Made by a program: the position numbers and the translations under genes. DNA of 63,293 nt, the filler included, from Sphacelaria rigidula (Eukaryota): NCBI GenBank assembly GCA_964200075.2. It is 8 parts of 8 records of this genome, joined end to end, with 100 filler letters (N's around TTAATTAATTAA, not from the genome) between each part and the next. Parts side by side here need not be neighbours in the genome. Positions count along the whole stretch, not along the records: positions 55,471 to 63,293 come from CAXNAA020013350.1; 7 more parts are not named here. The stretch is one strand, 5' to 3'. Every line of letters begins with the position of its first letter. Within the stretch, counting starts at the first letter, position 1. Below the pieces are notes generated by a model. That model did no database searches and was not told the origin of the DNA. It worked only from the letters and a program-made list of their open reading frames with translations. Shown one piece after another: positions 60,496 to 63,293 of the stretch.

Positions 60496-61699
60496 CAAAC
60501 ACTGGCAAAGGAGCCACGACATGCACATAATAGAGAGTTTCGGAGAAAAACACCTCAGAACTCAGGGATAAGCGAGAAACGACTGCATTGTTTACGTCCA
60601 AACCCCCAGTTTGCTTTTATCTTTTCACCACGTAGGTGTGGGCCGTAGCCAACTTTTCGGGGAATAGCATTTTTGTTCTGAATGCCACGTGGTCGGTGTC
60701 ATGAGTTGAAGAGGTAAACGTCGCGCCGTGCTGATATGCGTTTGTACTCTGCACCCACCCATACGGTGCTGCCCGTACAGCGCGGAAGAGCATGTACAGA
60801 GCCGTGCTACGATAGGTTGGGTTTTTGATTCCAGGAAAAAAGAACTCATACGTGTTTCGGACAAGCTGACCCACTCGCCGTGCGCTTGTATTTGGGTAAA
60901 ACAGCGTCAAGCAGTATGAACGAGCGTTATTTATCGGTAACACGCGCATTCGGACGGCCGTTGCTTCTTACAACGATGATTTGAAGTTGAAATTGTGGAA
61001 GCGATTGCTCAAAATCCCCCCCGTCCTATCATAGCATGACTCTAGTTGTTTGTGCTGTCCCCGTACCATTGAATGCGCAACAGCAGTATAGTCAACACAG
61101 CCTCCGGGTACGAACCCGGCACAGTACACAGCGTTGGGCATACAGGCAGTGCACTTCGGCGCCCGCTATGACGGAGTTATTCACAAGTCCTGCACCTGTC
61201 GGTGTGTGGTGCAGCACTAGTACAAGTTGTGATAGTTGAGAGCTGTACTGTTGTACTGTCTCTAGAAAGTTCTGTACACTGTGTCTGTAGTAAGCGTACT
61301 GTACTGTACTGTCTGTAGTACAAGTGTGCACATGCCTATGTGTGCGCGTGTGCTTATTTTGAGGAAGTACAGTCATTCTCGATAAAGGTTCACTTCGCAG
61401 TAATCCTAGCTGCGTGGAGGCGAACGGGGGAACAGAGACACCTGTCGACCTGGCTATAGACGGTAAATTTATTCCATCCCCGCAGCTGTCAGCGGGGGTT
61501 CGCGGTGTGGCGTCGACCCCCCCCCCCTGCCCCCCCCGCCCCTTCGGAGTTAGGTAAGGAGAACGATACATGGCGGGTACCACTTGGTGAGGCACCCACG
61601 GCCGGCGTTTGCTCCACAGACTTGCTGTCGACCAGCCTTCCCTCGAGGTGGTCGTCACTTGCTTCGCCGGGCGTCGGGATTGCTTGAGGTTATGCAGGG

Positions 61700-63050
61700 G
61701 GAGGGGGAGGGGGAACATACGCCCATGTTACATGTCTGGTCGTCAGAGTTCGTCACGTTTCGGTCATTACTTGCATGGCATCGCGCTGGTACCCTGGGGC
61801 TGAGCTGAGGTACCAGCGCCTCTGTGCTTTCGGCAGTAGCTCGTCTGTCCTTTTTACCCTACAAAACTCAGGTTGCAGGGACGGAATTCGGTTACTCTGC
61901 GGTGGCGACACGTGCTATATCTCATGTGTCGTCTTTGATTCACGTTAGTCGAGGTTGCGATACAGTTCAAAGCATTGCTCCTAGTACGTGTGCTCGCCCA
62001 CAGACTTGCACCATCAGAAATGTTCTGGTTCGGGCACGTTTGTGTAGCTTGAACTTTGGCCGCAAGGTCGGCGGACTAAATGATGCCTACTGCGCGCTCG
62101 GCCACACCGATGAACTGTGGAGAGTTGACAGTTGGTTTCTTTTTCATTTGCTTTTTGTAGCAGCAGTCTGCTAACACACCCTCCGATAATTTACCTACAC
62201 CATCGCTGCGAGCCATCTCATCTTTTCTGGGAGAACGTTTCGCGAGGTATGCGGCGAAGTCTTTTCGGCCTCATCCATAAAACGGAGAAAATACAGTCAA
62301 GTGTATCGGGAGTAGTCACCGCGAACTATCATCATATATATACCCCTTCCCCCTTCCTCCCCCCGAGGTCTAATTGATTTTCGACATGTCAAATCTACAC
62401 TCTCGATGCTACCTTCGCTGCTCTGGCGTACGTTGATCTTAGTATGCGCCTTCGGAGTCCTTTCACTCCGAGCAGCGGCGGCCTGGTCTCATCTCGCCCC
62501 GCAACTCCAACCCGAGCTGCTTTGCGGTCTTGTGCAGGAGGTCCTCTTGTACGCAAGTGTGGGAGCAATGGAAATTGTCGATACCAACGATCTGGGGGTT
62601 AGGTAGTGCCCCCGGGACAGTCACTGCACATGGTGATGCCTTATTGTCATGACGTGGTGGATCGATGCGGTGGGCGTACATTCTTTGGAGTTATATTTCC
62701 CGGGCATGTTCAGGTTATTGCCTGATTTCTTTCACCCGAGAACCATCATGGGAACTGACGGACGTATGTTCTGCAGCAGAGATCTTAGTCAATGACAATG
62801 GACGGTGACGAACGCCTGGTGCATCTTCTACATGGTATGCAGCACTGCACTATGTCCGTCAGATCGACATGATAGAGATCAGCCACCCCTGCAAACAATC
62901 TGGTAGGTACGGTCGCCCGCACACCGTATTGCCCAACCTCTGCATTCTCGGTACTCCATTATCTGAGGAGAATCGGGCGAAAAATGCTGGGTTGTCTCCG
63001 TGTCAAATACGCACGCCTCGTCCCTATCTTGCTGTCCTGACTAATGCCGA
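61700..63050 (-). pseudogene. Decayed Ty1/Copia pol: protease remnant, GAG-pre-integrase, integrase core, SH3-like region
   Basis: IDNFHCSH...LLHKTAKQLGLELRGEMRP; YMMIVRGDYSRYT*LYFL; RSDGVG; NSPQFIGVAERAVGII; RVKRTDELLPKAQRRWYL...TRHVTWAYVP. Integrase follows protease, which is the Copia order. Confidence 0.85.
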
Positions 63051-63084
63051 GATAGCCCCCCCACAAGAAGTGCAGGTGACGCAC

Positions 63085-63293
63085 CCATGAGGCAGTGTGC
63101 AAGCCGTGGCTGTCTCTAGATGTGGTGATACCAGAAAATAAAGCAACTCATCATAGGCTGTCATCCAAATGCAAGATAACCAGTAGGCTTCGGGCCAAAC
63201 AGTATCAGGAGGATGCAGCTCACCCTTCACGCGACTTGCCGAGCGCACCACGGCGCTTCGCGCCTGGTGGTTTGAGTGCAAGCCTGGTCCGGC
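63085..63293 (-). repeat. Dispersed repeat family A, cut by the window end
   Basis: Reverse complement of about 1705-1920. Confidence 0.85.

Overview
Eukaryotic, intron-rich and transposon-dense nuclear DNA. The gene and retroelement style suggests a brown alga (Ectocarpales-like); this is inference. The window is not one locus. It is eight separate contigs of 7,823-7,825 bp in non-increasing length order, joined by artificial 100-nt linkers (44 N + TTAATTAATTAA + 44 N), so nothing can be inferred across a linker. Host gene fragments: RPL13 exons 1-2, four 3' exons of an adaptin-binding p34 (AAGAB)-like gene, the last exon of a TPR protein, the first exon of a secreted thioredoxin/PDI-like protein, and a 2.3-kb exon of a possible mTERF-like protein. 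Mobile DNA: an internally deleted chromodomain Ty3/Gypsy element with both LTRs, a decayed Ty1/Copia pol, a decayed IS630/Tc1-like transposase, piggyBac-type non-autonomous elements, and many MITEs (Sola2-, Ginger-, hAT-, Harbinger-, P- and Tc1-like ends). Several MITE target-site duplications are confirmed by empty sites elsewhere in the window. I found no CRISPR array, intact RNA gene or complete new protein system. The best leads are two MITE families carrying internal telomere-like repeats, a head-to-head chimeric transposase palindrome, a 4.5-kb nested foldback, an unknown ORF carried by the piggyBac-type elements, and a tRNA-derived SINE candidate. All alignments were made by eye.
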